Virus record (IMG/VR): IMGVR_UViG_3300021399_000103
Span: 64,001-128,000 of that record
Strand: one strand, 5' to 3'
Source of the DNA: a virus
Taxonomy: Duplodnaviria > Caudoviricetes
Length of the DNA stretch: 64,000 nt
Positions 46,564 to 57,280 of the stretch are shown here, piece after piece (within the stretch, counting starts at the first letter, position 1; every line of letters starts with the position of its first letter). Both the position numbers and the translations under genes were made by a program. Under the pieces are notes generated by a model. That model ran no database searches, was not told the origin of the DNA, and saw only the letters and a list, made by a program, of their open reading frames with translations.

Positions 46564-48303
46564 TTAGAAATAATACTCTTGTTTGCGCACGATATTATAA
46601 TCTTCCATAATGATTTGCGGCCCATTATCCCATCCAGTATTTCTCATACATCTACCAACAACATCAATAATTACACAACCTTCACCAGGGTAAAGCGCAT
46701 CAAACTCATCTTGGGAACTCTTAAACTTGACAATAGAAATATTTTCTGGTAGGCTAATTTTAAGAGTTGATCCAAATAAATTGATATTATCTTTTGTAAT
46801 TGAAACATTTTTAATAGCAACTAATGGTTCATCTACTCCTTGTCCCCAAATGTTTTCTGCGTCTGCTAATTCTAAAATATCGGCAGCATCAATTTTATTT
46901 GCCAGAAACTCAACATCAACATTATATGTCAATGAAAAATCACAATCTTTTAATAATCCATTACTATAAGCTAAAAATGCGTCTACATTAGAATCTGGGA
47001 TCGCTAATCCTAAAGCATTATCATGCCCCTGAGCCAGAGTAAAGTATCCACTATCCTGGGCTAATTGCTGTAATGATTCAACTCCGGCCGCAGGATTATT
47101 TCTACCAGAACCAGCCCAAGTTAATTCACCAGTTTCATCATCAAAAGTCTTATTTAATAACATAACGGGATGTCCATAAGCAGACATTAGCTTATTTGCT
47201 ATTAATCCAGTAATTGATTTACTATCTTCTGTTGGCTCTTCTAATTTAATAAATAAGATTTTATTATCCAAGAGATGATCTGATTTAATTTGGAAATCAA
47301 TATTTTCTACAAGAGCATCTCTTGTTTTATTTTGTCTATTTTTTACATTATTACATATGCGGCAAGCTTGTTCTACAACAGTTTCTGTATCTCCAACTTT
47401 ATGACCTCTTTTAGTAGAGGGAACAAGCGTATAAGCCTTATGATTTAGAAATGCTTCAAATAAGATTTCTTTTTCTTTTGCGGTGCCTACTCTTGTGACA
47501 GCATTAACCGCCGGTGCGATATACCAAGCGACACCAGTTGGAGTGACTTTTCCTTTCAAAGAATACTCATTTTTAGCTACCATTGCTTTAATAAAAGGAT
47601 TCTCAATGTTGCTTAAACCCTTATCAATTAAACGTCTTGTTTCATAATCTTTTAATTCCATTACATCGGCAATTATACCAAGCGCCGCAATATCTAACAT
47701 ATCAGTGGCATAAGTATTGTCACCTAATTTATCTAAATAAGAACAAAATTTATAAACCATTCCAACACCGCTTAAAGATTTAGTAGGATAATTTTCATCA
47801 AGTTGGTTATTGATAACAATAGCATCTTCTGAAAGGTAATCTGCGTTATGGTGATCAATAACAATTAAATCAATATTATGTTCTTTTAATGTCTTATGAT
47901 ATGCGTATTCATTACTACCAGCATCTGGACATATAACTAATTGCGGTTTTGCTGTTAAAATTTGATCCATTAACAATCCATGACCCTTATCTTTATGCAT
48001 CCCCCATGCGATATGCGCAGTAGAAAAACCTGGAAATGCAGAATATAAATAATTGATCATAAAAGCAGCACTTGTGTATCCATCACAATCGCTATCTACA
48101 TTTACAAATATGTCATGCTCTGCCGCAATATGAGTTATTAAACAGCGTGCGGCCGCACTTACATTTTGAATGGTTTCTGGTGGGATAATATCATTGTCTG
48201 TTGTATTCAAATAATGTTGAGGATCTGTAATTCCTCTATTTTTCAAAACTCTATATAAAGCAGAATCTTGTGTATTTTCTTCATTTATTAACTTATATTG
48301 CAT
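46564..48303 (-). CDS. recJ: RecJ-like ssDNA exonuclease (DHH family)
   Basis: DSDCDG, IDHH, LSGVG, GIIADVM, GSGR, GHDNA. Confidence 0.88.
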   Translation of the reverse strand: MQYKLINEENTQDSALYRVLKNRGITDPQHYLNTTDNDIIPPETIQNVSAAARCLITHIAAEHDIFVNVDSDCDGYTSAAFMINYLYSAFPGFSTAHIAWGMHKDKGHGLLMDQILTAKPQLVICPDAGSNEYAYHKTLKEHNIDLIVIDHHNADYLSEDAIVINNQLDENYPTKSLSGVGMVYKFCSYLDKLGDNTYATDMLDIAALGIIADVMELKDYETRRLIDKGLSNIENPFIKAMVAKNEYSLKGKVTPTGVAWYIAPAVNAVTRVGTAKEKEILFEAFLNHKAYTLVPSTKRGHKVGDTETVVEQACRICNNVKNRQNKTRDALVENIDFQIKSDHLLDNKILFIKLEEPTEDSKSITGLIANKLMSAYGHPVMLLNKTFDDETGELTWAGSGRNNPAAGVESLQQLAQDSGYFTLAQGHDNALGLAIPDSNVDAFLAYSNGLLKDCDFSLTYNVDVEFLANKIDAADILELADAENIWGQGVDEPLVAIKNVSITKDNINLFGSTLKISLPENISIVKFKSSQDEFDALYPGEGCVIIDVVGRCMRNTGWDNGPQIIMEDYNIVRKQEYYF

Positions 48304-49406
48304 TATAATATAATCCTTTCTTTAAATAACTGTAAAAACTTTTCCTTATTTTCATCTATTGGACTTGCTTTATATCCAGTTATCATATGTTTATCAAATA
48401 TAAAACTTATTTTTACATAATTTCCATATTTATTATACAATTTTTTCAAATTCTTAGTCAATTTTTTGAATTCATCATCACCTATATCTTGGAATTGTCT
48501 GTCTAATGCCACAACAATTTCTTTAACTCCTAATTCAGTTAAAAGATTCATCTGGTAACCAGAAATATTACTACCACAACAAGCTACAGAAATATCATTC
48601 TCATGACCAAAATAAGTTTGATATAAAAGACATGATTTTTCGCCTTCAAATATTATGGCACGACCTGCAGTCGCAATATTTTTAGCAGAATTATTTAAGT
48701 TATATAAGTTCATTCCAAGAGGGTGATTATACATTTTTTTATTTATAATTAAAGGGCGATATTTTCCATACATTTCCGCATCTTCTTTTGCTAAGGCGCG
48801 GCCACGGATACCAACTAAACGATTGTTTTTATCAAAATGCGGGATTGTTATTTGATTTCCTCCTGGAAAATAACCTATTTTATTATAATCTAAAACTTCT
48901 TGTGAAATATTTTCTTTTAACCATGGAAGTATTTTCAAATCATAATTAAATATATTTAATATATCTTTTTCATATGATTGAAGTTTTACATTATATTGTT
49001 TGATTTCAATTTGTTTAATTCGATCATAATTACTAAATATAGACCAATCTTCTAATTGCTTATCATCTTCATCTAAAACGAATGAGCCAGCGATGCCAAA
49101 TCTAAAAGCAATTAACCTAATAGCGTCATTTAATGTGATCTTTTGGTTTTTTTGAATTTCATAAACTTTAATACATAATTCAAATATATCAAATGAATCA
49201 TCTCCACCAGTATAAGATTTAAACAATCCACTATTTTCATAGAAATAGAGTTTGCGGCTCCCGACTCCAGGCGGATTGTGGTCTATTGTTTCTGCAAGAA
49301 TCCCAAAACTGGCATATTGCGGATCTCCTCCCCATTCAAGAAGGAGATCAAATATGTCGTTAATAGTTAAACTATCTCTAATTTCTTGTTTATCATAGTT
49401 AATCAT
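48303..49406 (-). CDS. DNA primase (TOPRIM)
   Basis: IPH....RLVGIRGR, LYNL, FEGEKS, VALD; adjacent to the helicase. Confidence 0.8.
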   Translation of the reverse strand: MINYDKQEIRDSLTINDIFDLLLEWGGDPQYASFGILAETIDHNPPGVGSRKLYFYENSGLFKSYTGGDDSFDIFELCIKVYEIQKNQKITLNDAIRLIAFRFGIAGSFVLDEDDKQLEDWSIFSNYDRIKQIEIKQYNVKLQSYEKDILNIFNYDLKILPWLKENISQEVLDYNKIGYFPGGNQITIPHFDKNNRLVGIRGRALAKEDAEMYGKYRPLIINKKMYNHPLGMNLYNLNNSAKNIATAGRAIIFEGEKSCLLYQTYFGHENDISVACCGSNISGYQMNLLTELGVKEIVVALDRQFQDIGDDEFKKLTKNLKKLYNKYGNYVKISFIFDKHMITGYKASPIDENKEKFLQLFKERIIL

Positions 49407-50940
49407 CAAATGCTCCACGTTCTACTTTAATTTGATAATCATCCATTTCTATTAACTGATATCGCCAATCGGTAGCAAACATTGGATTGATTCTACAAGT
49501 ACCAAGATCTGCTTTACACCAAAGATAAATTCCTTTATATTGACCTCTACGGTTCTTATAAACAGATAATTTTAAGTCTGGTTTTTCATATATATTTTGC
49601 TTTAATAGATTTTCTAATGAATCCAAATCTTTTTGACCAACAGGTAATAAGATACTACCATAGTCAATTTTATCTGCAATCGCCTTAGCTCCACGAAGCA
49701 AGTTCTGATCAGGAGTTTCTGATTCTTGATAATCTGCATTTAACTGAGTTGCTGACTCAATAAAAATACCATATTTATTACATAAATCTTTTAATCTAAT
49801 TGATAACATAAATAATACATTATCTTCTCTTAGTTTAACACCACCAGAGCGACGAGTAACTTCTTCTAAAATCTTCATTGATGTATGAATATAATCATGG
49901 AAGATATATTTTACATTATGTTCTCTTATACCTTTTTTAATTCTATCTTCAACATCTTGAAGAGAAAAATCTGGCAGTTCTTCAACATATATTGGAGATC
50001 TTTTTAAGATCTCAGCAGCCTTTCTTACTCTTTCTATTTCATCGCCTTCATATTGATTATTGATAATATGCTCTTCATTTACTGAAGATAAGAAAGCTAG
50101 CATCATTGTCTGAATTTCTTCTAACTCTTGCTCTGTTGAAATATATAAACAAGGTTCTGCGATTCCATTACCGATCCAACCCAACATATCATCATAAATC
50201 ATATCTGCGCCAATATAACAGCAATCGGCAATCATTGAACGAGACTTACCTACGCCAGTAGGAGCAGAACGCAAATAAAACTTTTTAAGTCTTGCGCCAC
50301 GAGTGACTCTATTAATAAATTTGCCATATAAAGGAGAACCTACTTCTGGATATGTCATCAATCTATCTATTAAAGCATCAATACCTTCACCAGCTTGATG
50401 AGTATTTCCAAAAGTATCACTAACACACTCTAAACGAATTGCGTCTACAATAGCATCTACTTTATCAGCAATTTGAGTAAGACTCATATTATCTAACTGT
50501 TCTTCTTGAAGTTGTAATTTTTTAGTATCAATTTCATCTGGATTATAAATAAAATTAACATCAATACCATATGAATCATATGCTCTTAAAAGAGTCATTT
50601 TTTTCATTCTGTTATAATAAAAATCAAAAGCAGATGGAATAGCTTTTTCCGCAATAGTTTTTAACCATTCCTCACCTTTATTTACAGTAAAGATAGCCTC
50701 GCTTTTTGGTTTGGTAGATAAAAAATCGCAGATACTTTCTATTGAAATTGATTCTGCGCCAAGCTCATATACTTTATAAATTGCGCCAAATACAATTTTA
50801 TGAAAATCTGAAACAAAATCCTCTTCTGTAATTACATATTTATCAGTTTCATCAAGTAATTGCGGTTTTATAAATACGCTACCTATAACTTGAACTATTG
50901 CGACAGTGTCTAAATATTTTGAACTACCCATATTATTCAT
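49399..50940 (-). CDS. dnaB: Replicative DnaB-like helicase
   Basis: APTGVGKS, ISTE, DYIH, ATQLN, KNRRG. Confidence 0.85.
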   Translation of the reverse strand: MNNMGSSKYLDTVAIVQVIGSVFIKPQLLDETDKYVITEEDFVSDFHKIVFGAIYKVYELGAESISIESICDFLSTKPKSEAIFTVNKGEEWLKTIAEKAIPSAFDFYYNRMKKMTLLRAYDSYGIDVNFIYNPDEIDTKKLQLQEEQLDNMSLTQIADKVDAIVDAIRLECVSDTFGNTHQAGEGIDALIDRLMTYPEVGSPLYGKFINRVTRGARLKKFYLRSAPTGVGKSRSMIADCCYIGADMIYDDMLGWIGNGIAEPCLYISTEQELEEIQTMMLAFLSSVNEEHIINNQYEGDEIERVRKAAEILKRSPIYVEELPDFSLQDVEDRIKKGIREHNVKYIFHDYIHTSMKILEEVTRRSGGVKLREDNVLFMLSIRLKDLCNKYGIFIESATQLNADYQESETPDQNLLRGAKAIADKIDYGSILLPVGQKDLDSLENLLKQNIYEKPDLKLSVYKNRRGQYKGIYLWCKADLGTCRINPMFATDWRYQLIEMDDYQIKVERGAFDD

Positions 50941-51565
50941 CCTCCTCTACAAATTTCCATTTTAGAGGTTCTTTTGTAATGGGATGTTTACCGGCAGAAA
51001 TTCTCTTTCCTCTACAAACTTGACCGATATTACTTAATGGTTTTAGACCACACCATTGCTCCGCTTCTGTTATACTATTAAATATTACACCGGTATTTAA
51101 ACAAATAACTTTTTTCTTCTTTTTTTCACTCATTTTTTGTTTTTCTTCTTCAGTATGTAATCTAAAATGTTTTCCTTTATTATTTAAACTACATTTTTGT
51201 TTTGACAACTCTGTTGGTTTATAACCTAAATGAGATTCTCTTAATTTTTGTTTTGTTTCTTCTGAAACGGGCGCATTATTTCCACCATAAGTTAAATTAT
51301 ATCCATTATTAACGGTATTATAATAATTTATATAATATGCTTCCCAATAGTTTGCTTCATCTAATGTTAAATGAGATTTTAAAATTTTGTGTTCAAAATT
51401 ATCCCATCCATACTTTTTAATTGCTTCAAAAAATTTTGGACTTCGTTTATATCCAAATCCATTTTGCCATCTTCTATCTAAAGGTTGAGATGTTTGACCA
51501 ACATATATTTTTCCGTTTATTTTATTTTTATGTGAATAAACTATATATTCTAATTTACTTGCCAT
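50933..51565 (-). CDS. Free-standing GIY-YIG homing endonuclease with NUMOD repeats
   Basis: VYSH.NKINGKIYVGQT, GYNLT.GG, SEETKQKL/HTEEEKQKMS. Confidence 0.82.
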   Translation of the reverse strand: MASKLEYIVYSHKNKINGKIYVGQTSQPLDRRWQNGFGYKRSPKFFEAIKKYGWDNFEHKILKSHLTLDEANYWEAYYINYYNTVNNGYNLTYGGNNAPVSEETKQKLRESHLGYKPTELSKQKCSLNNKGKHFRLHTEEEKQKMSEKKKKKVICLNTGVIFNSITEAEQWCGLKPLSNIGQVCRGKRISAGKHPITKEPLKWKFVEEDE

Positions 51566-52079
51566 CAACATCCTCCTCGTCTAAAAATGTAAATACTTTG
51601 CGGCGGTGCATTTTTCGCACCGGTTCGGGGATTTTAATTTCTATAATCTTAGGCTCATATCGTTCTAAAATTTTGGCTTCATTATTTTGATTTGCTAACC
51701 AAATAGAATACCAATAATTATAAGCCTGATCATACATATATGGGACAATTCCAATAGAACCATTACCTTTTTCTATTGGTTCTTTTTTTATTTCATATAC
51801 ATATTTCATTGTTCTTTCTATACCAGAAAAAGAAAAACCATTCTTTTCATGATATGATTTTGCTAATTTTAATGTTTGACTATAATTAAATAATCTACCA
51901 TATAATTTGGCGCAATATTGCATTAAATGGTCTAAATCTTTTTCTTCTTGCGTTTTTGCGGCTTCTCGCTCATCATAGCACTTTTTATGCGCATACCAGG
52001 TTTTACCGTGCTTTTCAACGGGCTCTGTGTCTGCGTCAAAGCGTTCACCGCATATTCTACATTTTACATAATGAGCCAT
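51555..52079 (-). CDS. Zn-finger hypothetical protein (possible helicase-loader-like)
   Basis: C..C...H..C motif; located upstream of dnaB. Confidence 0.55.
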   Translation of the reverse strand: MAHYVKCRICGERFDADTEPVEKHGKTWYAHKKCYDEREAAKTQEEKDLDHLMQYCAKLYGRLFNYSQTLKLAKSYHEKNGFSFSGIERTMKYVYEIKKEPIEKGNGSIGIVPYMYDQAYNYWYSIWLANQNNEAKILERYEPKIIEIKIPEPVRKMHRRKVFTFLDEEDVDGK

Positions 52080-52099
52080 ATACACAACTCCTTTATATT

Positions 52100-52128
52100 A
52101 TTATACCATAATAAAATAAAAAAGTCAA
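52100..52128 (-). promoter_or_regulatory. Sigma-A-type promoter
   Basis: TTGACT, 17 nt, TGG-TATAAT. Confidence 0.7.
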
Positions 52129-52146
52129 GCCTACGCTTGACCTTCT

Positions 52147-53118
52147 CTATTTAACTAAAGTATCTTTTATTTCTCCAACAATTAGATCAATAAATTCTGC
52201 CTGATCTCTTGTTGTTTCTGAAACTTTCTTTCCTTTACCAAGATATTTATCGACAATCTCTGTAATCTTAGGCCCATTGCTTGGATTTTTTCTCATCAAA
52301 TCGCCAGTAATTGTTTGGAATTCATTCATAAGTGCGTCATAATCATATGTTGGCGCAATTACATCAGAAACTCTTTCTTCTGTAACGAATTTATTATTCG
52401 TTTCAGCTGCTTCTCTATCAATCGCCTTATTAAGGGCATTAACCAAATCTTGATAACTAAATGGAATTTCTGGTTCAATATATTTAAATCTACAGCCAGT
52501 ATCTACGCTACCATCAAGAGAACGAAGAATTAATTTTCTTTCTCCATTCACAATATCCGCACATGCGAAGATATCAGCCATTCCCTTTACAATTTCATTA
52601 ACACTTCTTTGCGCTGTTGGAACCATCTGATTATATTCAGTTCCATCTTTACGCTTAAAGGTTTTATCGGCAGAGTGTGAGATAAAGCAAACCGCATATC
52701 CAAGTTGAGTAATTGTTCGGAAAGAATCCTCAAATTCTTTCTTATATTTAGACCAGCCATTTGTACTCCAACCGCCATCGCCAATATTCTCAATACCAAG
52801 CTGATTACAAATATATTTCTCACAAAGCGCAGCCGCAATATCAACCGTATCAATGATAATTGATTTATAAACTGCTTGTACTTCTGGTTTCTTTAATTCT
52901 CTTAATACCTGCTTAAATTCACCCCAAGTAGTAATATCCTGAGCCATTACCCCAGGTAGTGCGTTATAACCTCTTTCAAAAGCAAGGATTAGCGCGCCTG
53001 GGAATTGTGCTCCAAAGGTTGTTTTACCAACCTTTGGAATTCCATATACATAGGTAATATAGCCAGATAAATCTCGACTTACTTTATGAGGTTGCAAGTT
53101 TAACAAATTTATAGCCAT
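52147..53118 (-). CDS. AAA_24/Sak4-like ATPase (recombination)
   Basis: YGIPKVGKTT, FERG, IIIDT, FISH. Confidence 0.75.
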   Translation of the reverse strand: MAINLLNLQPHKVSRDLSGYITYVYGIPKVGKTTFGAQFPGALILAFERGYNALPGVMAQDITTWGEFKQVLRELKKPEVQAVYKSIIIDTVDIAAALCEKYICNQLGIENIGDGGWSTNGWSKYKKEFEDSFRTITQLGYAVCFISHSADKTFKRKDGTEYNQMVPTAQRSVNEIVKGMADIFACADIVNGERKLILRSLDGSVDTGCRFKYIEPEIPFSYQDLVNALNKAIDREAAETNNKFVTEERVSDVIAPTYDYDALMNEFQTITGDLMRKNPSNGPKITEIVDKYLGKGKKVSETTRDQAEFIDLIVGEIKDTLVK

Positions 53119-53130
53119 ATTTACCTCCTA

Positions 53131-54105
53131 TTAGAAATTATATTCTTCATCTCTTGGCGCTGTCATAGTGCCTTTTGTAGAAGTGTTACCAATCGCATTG
53201 CCCTGAGATGCCTTATATTCATCTCTACGCTGCTTCAATTCAGCAAGTGTATTTTCACGAGCTTGAGCTGCTGCTTTAAGATCCGCAAATGTAATTGTTT
53301 CTTCAAGACCGAACTCATATGGTTCTGATGCTGCCCAAGTAACAACATAATCTTTATTTGAACTCTGAACTTCTCTTACAGAATCTTCTCCAAATGCAGA
53401 TTCTTCATGAATATATCTTGTAATCTGTTCTGAAACAATCTGACCTCTAACCTTTGTAAATACAGGATTCTTTGGAGACGCTTCAAGTCCTACAAAATAG
53501 TCAATAGCTTTTGGATTAATTGCTGAGAAAGTTACTGGCAACATTTCTTTTCTAAAATTAAAGATTCTACCATCAATAATTGCTTTTGCTGGTGAAGTTA
53601 CATTTCCATTATCATCTTCAACAGCTTCTTTTTCTCTTACTCCAACAATAACCACATCTGCTTCAAATGTGCTTCTCTGATTCTCATTTTCACTAATAGA
53701 CTGAGCTACATGAACAAATCCGCCCTCATTTCTCTTAACAGAAACAAGTTCTTCTGCTCCGCTTCTGTCAGAATAGAATTCATTCAAGCCAATAGCAGAA
53801 TCAACTCTAAGTTTTGCGGCATTATCTCCTACTTCTGGATTTGTATAACAACCAATTTTTCCATCAATGATATTCTTTAATGTTGTAAATGTTGCGTTTT
53901 CCTTGCCGCTTGCAGTAACCGCAGTAACATATGTAAAATGAACTGGAACGATATTTGTTTTCTTATCATTTGTCGCAATATCAATTGTTCCAGAAATAAA
54001 CTCTGTTCCTGGCTTTTTAGAGTTCGGACCCGATACCTTCAATTCAAGATTGTGCTGATACAAAATACCTTCAATTCTTGTTGAGTTTAATAATCTTGCT
54101 TTCAT
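53131..54105 (-). CDS. Putative ssDNA-binding protein
   Basis: Beta-rich, acidic/aromatic C-terminal tail (DEEYNF), next to the Sak4-like gene. Confidence 0.5.
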   Translation of the reverse strand: MKARLLNSTRIEGILYQHNLELKVSGPNSKKPGTEFISGTIDIATNDKKTNIVPVHFTYVTAVTASGKENATFTTLKNIIDGKIGCYTNPEVGDNAAKLRVDSAIGLNEFYSDRSGAEELVSVKRNEGGFVHVAQSISENENQRSTFEADVVIVGVREKEAVEDDNGNVTSPAKAIIDGRIFNFRKEMLPVTFSAINPKAIDYFVGLEASPKNPVFTKVRGQIVSEQITRYIHEESAFGEDSVREVQSSNKDYVVTWAASEPYEFGLEETITFADLKAAAQARENTLAELKQRRDEYKASQGNAIGNTSTKGTMTAPRDEEYNF

Positions 54106-54117
54106 CTTCTTTTCTCC

Positions 54118-54468
54118 TTAATCAATTTTATAATTTTTACCTTTTTCGCTTAATGTATATATAACAGGATCTTTACCAATTTTTTCAGCAAATCCATCAT
54201 TTACCAATTTTCTTAGCGTGCCAGATACCGCTCTTGAAGAAATACCCAATCCTTCTGCAATATCTTTAGATTTTGCCATTTTAATATCATTATCTTGCAT
54301 ATACTTTAAGACAACTTTTCCATTATCTGTAATTTCTGGTGCAGAACTATCTTTTCCAGATCGTAAGATTTCAAGGTACATCTTTACATCTTCTGTCATA
54401 ATACTTTTTGCATAATCTTCATTATGTGAAATTAAATCATCAATAAAACTTAAAAATTCATCTTTCAT
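54118..54468 (-). CDS. Winged-helix DNA-binding protein
   Basis: SKDIAEGLGISSRAVSGTLRKLV..G. Confidence 0.75.
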   Translation of the reverse strand: MKDEFLSFIDDLISHNEDYAKSIMTEDVKMYLEILRSGKDSSAPEITDNGKVVLKYMQDNDIKMAKSKDIAEGLGISSRAVSGTLRKLVNDGFAEKIGKDPVIYTLSEKGKNYKID

Positions 54469-54513
54469 ATTTTTTTACCTTTCAATCATTGTAATTATAT
54501 TATAACATAATTT

Positions 54514-55401
54514 TTATTCAAAGGCAACTTTTTGATCAAATATAAATTGATCCGCATATGGTAGTGTATGCGCCCAATCAACAAATTGATGCCATTCTGT
54601 TAACTTATGATTTGCGCGCTGGGCACAAATGCTGCGTATATTCTCGTAATTCATTGTAATGGTTCTGGTTTGAAGCCATCCATTAGGCAACCAGCGCACC
54701 AATTCTTTCCAATATCGTTTATCTTTAGTTTCATTATATTTTAACCGAAGAGATTCCAAGAACCCGATAATTGTAGCTTCTGGCCAGTAGACATTATCTT
54801 CTTTTTCTCCAACAACATCCTTAATAGATATATGGTAATCAAATGGAGTGTCTCCTGTCTCGTCAATTCCTTCTTCAAAAATTATATTTGGTTCATAATC
54901 GTCAGTTTCAAAACAATCAATGGTAATTGGAGTTGAGGCTAATTTATGCATTGTTGATGTACTATTGGCTACCGTACCGACTTTGTAAGTATCAAATTCC
55001 TTGAAAAAATATAATGGTGCTGTAATATCAACACATACCTGAATTTGACGTAAAAATTTACGATGCTCTGGACCGGCTTTACAAAGTCGCATAGCTAAAT
55101 CCATATCATTTGGACCAATCCAAGCTGTTTCATAAAAATTACCTTGGCTAGATTCTTTAAGTATTCCATTCTTAAACAACCAGTTTAAACGCTTCTCTTC
55201 TTCATCACAGTATTCCTTACTTCCAAATTCTAAGTCGGGAAATAACTTATTGACCCATAAATCTGCTATTTCTAATGCGGTTAAACTACCATCTTCTTCA
55301 ATACCAAATGACGAATCAGATTTCTTCCAACTTGCAAGCGGATTACGCATTCCTCTTAATGCTCCTTCAAAATTTGATACATATGTATTCTCAAATTTCA
55401 T
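54514..55401 (-). CDS. ThyX/Thy1-like protein
   Basis: H.KFLRQI, NS.STMH, LP....QTR...NYE..R.....R..HKL.EW. Confidence 0.6.
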   Translation of the reverse strand: MKFENTYVSNFEGALRGMRNPLASWKKSDSSFGIEEDGSLTALEIADLWVNKLFPDLEFGSKEYCDEEEKRLNWLFKNGILKESSQGNFYETAWIGPNDMDLAMRLCKAGPEHRKFLRQIQVCVDITAPLYFFKEFDTYKVGTVANSTSTMHKLASTPITIDCFETDDYEPNIIFEEGIDETGDTPFDYHISIKDVVGEKEDNVYWPEATIIGFLESLRLKYNETKDKRYWKELVRWLPNGWLQTRTITMNYENIRSICAQRANHKLTEWHQFVDWAHTLPYADQFIFDQKVAFE

Positions 55402-55667
55402 TATAAATTTCCTCCAAACCCTTTAACAAAACATCCTATAATTTCTAAAAATTCATCAATATCATCTAAGTAAGCATTATTTTGATTATAGTCAGATGTT
55501 TTTAGAAAATCATAATATGAAATTATATTGACATGATATCCATAAGCATGTGCTTTTACTAACATTGCTTCTGGATTTTTACATACTAATGTTGCGTTTT
55601 CGTCCTGGCAAAGAGCCATTAGTTGTTTTGTTTTACCTGAACCAGGTTCTCCAATAATCTTTTTCAT
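55401..55667 (-). CDS. Small P-loop protein (88 aa)
   Basis: GEPGSGKT; LDDID. Confidence 0.55.
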   Translation of the reverse strand: MKKIIGEPGSGKTKQLMALCQDENATLVCKNPEAMLVKAHAYGYHVNIISYYDFLKTSDYNQNNAYLDDIDEFLEIIGCFVKGFGGNL

Positions 55668-56635
55668 TAATTCTTATTCCCCTGTGTACTATTATAACCC
55701 CAATCAGTGCTTTGATAAAAATCAATTCAATACTTCTCACGTTCATTAAGTTGAGATCTCTCGCATTTTTCAATAATTTCATACATAAATGATTCTGGCC
55801 CAATAGACTTCATTTCTGTATAAAATCTATTATTTGAAGAAGAAATACCAAGACCTGCTTTAATATGATCGCGTAATCTATTTCGTAAATCAACACTTTG
55901 ACCTATATAACACTGATTGGTTTTTAAGTTTGTAATTTTATATATTCCACAATGATTTTGTCCAGTAGGAGTTAATCTACCTAATAAATCCATTGTTGGT
56001 TTTTTATAATAAAGTTCCCATATTATTTTATTGATAGGTTCTGGATCTTTATTTAATTTTGTAGCGACTTCTTTTAATAATTGTATATCTTCTATATCTT
56101 GATCTGAAATTTTTAATTTATAATAATCTTTTTCAGATTCTTTAAGCATATTTCTTTTATCTAAATCAATTGCGGCTCTTACTTTTTCTTTTAATGTTTT
56201 TAATTCTTCATTTACAGTATTTAATTCTGCTTGTTTTGCAGCAATACTTTCTGTAAAAAGCTTGGCATTTTCTTCCATTATAGAAAGATATTCTTGTTTA
56301 TGCTTTTCTTCTGCTAATTGATATCTATATCCAGCTATCTCCGCAGACTGAGACATTCGTTCTTGCATTAAATCATATGATTTTTTATAGATTTCGTCTG
56401 CGGCCGCAGATGCCTGGGCGCTTATAGTTTCGATGTCTGCGTTAAGAGACGCCTTTCTTCGTTCTAATGCGCTAGTTTCTGTCTCAGCAGAAGCGATTTC
56501 CGCAGTTAATTTAGTTAAATTATTCTGTAATTCTTTATTCTTTTGGAGCACTTCTTCGTCTAATTTATGCTTTGGATATAAATATATTATTATACCAATC
56601 AATGCTCCAATAATTATCGCATAAATTCAAATCAT
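55667..56635 (-). CDS. Membrane-anchored coiled-coil protein with C-terminal GIY-YIG nuclease (322 aa; 2 TGA=Trp)
   Basis: AAGGAG RBS, MI*IYAIIIGALIG TM; GIYKITN..YIGQS; EREKY*IDFYQS..WGYN completes the domain only with readthrough; TAA overlaps the next ATG. Confidence 0.78.
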
Positions 56636-56707
56636 TATTTTCTCCTTAAAAAAGAAGGGGTAGATTAGTAATTACCTACCCCAGTATTTTTACAAAATTA
56701 ACTCAGA

Positions 56708-56971
56708 TTACTCAGCGTCAGCATCTGGGTCAAAGTCTAAGCCTTCCTTAGTAAGACTTAGAAGCTTGATTGCCTTATGAGAACCATCATCAAGTTCAAT
56801 TTCTGCAGGTGTTCTAACACCAAGTCCCTTACGCTGAATAGCAGAGGTAAAGATACCATCTACGCTTCTCTTTTCAAGTCCGAGTGCAGCAGCAACATCA
56901 GCAGCTGTCAAATCTTCACCATTGTGTTCCTTGAGATACATTAATACTTTCTTTGAATTTTCTTTCATCAT
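56708..56971 (-). CDS. Small HTH DNA-binding protein
   Basis: LTAADVAAALGLEKRSVDG; AAGGAG RBS; promoter at 57008-57037. Confidence 0.65.
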   Translation of the reverse strand: MMKENSKKVLMYLKEHNGEDLTAADVAAALGLEKRSVDGIFTSAIQRKGLGVRTPAEIELDDGSHKAIKLLSLTKEGLDFDPDADAE

Positions 56972-57007
56972 AATCTTTTTTCTCCTTATTTCTTTCTTTA
57001 TGTAAAA

Positions 57008-57037
57008 ATTATACCACAAATGTTTTTATTAAGTCAA
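57008..57037 (-). promoter_or_regulatory. Sigma-A-type promoter
   Basis: TTGACT, 18 nt, TGG-TATAAT. Confidence 0.65.
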
Positions 57038-57232
57038 TTATTTTTTTAAAATTTTTTGAACCATATCATCTATATCCATCATATCTTCTAAACTTAAATT
57101 ATATTTAGATGTTAGATTTATGATTTCTTCTTCCGCAGATTCTATTGATTCTTTATTTCGACCATTTTGAATAATCCGCTCTGCTGCCGCTATTCTCCTA
57201 GCTATTTTCTTTTTTAATGACTCACTTGCCAT
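57038..57232 (-). CDS. Hypothetical protein (64 aa)
   Basis: AAGGA RBS; intact ORF. Confidence 0.55.
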   Translation of the reverse strand: MASESLKKKIARRIAAAERIIQNGRNKESIESAEEEIINLTSKYNLSLEDMMDIDDMVQKILKK

Positions 57233-57280
57233 ATATTTGTTCCTTAATTTTTACAATTATATTATACATAAAATTTTTCT

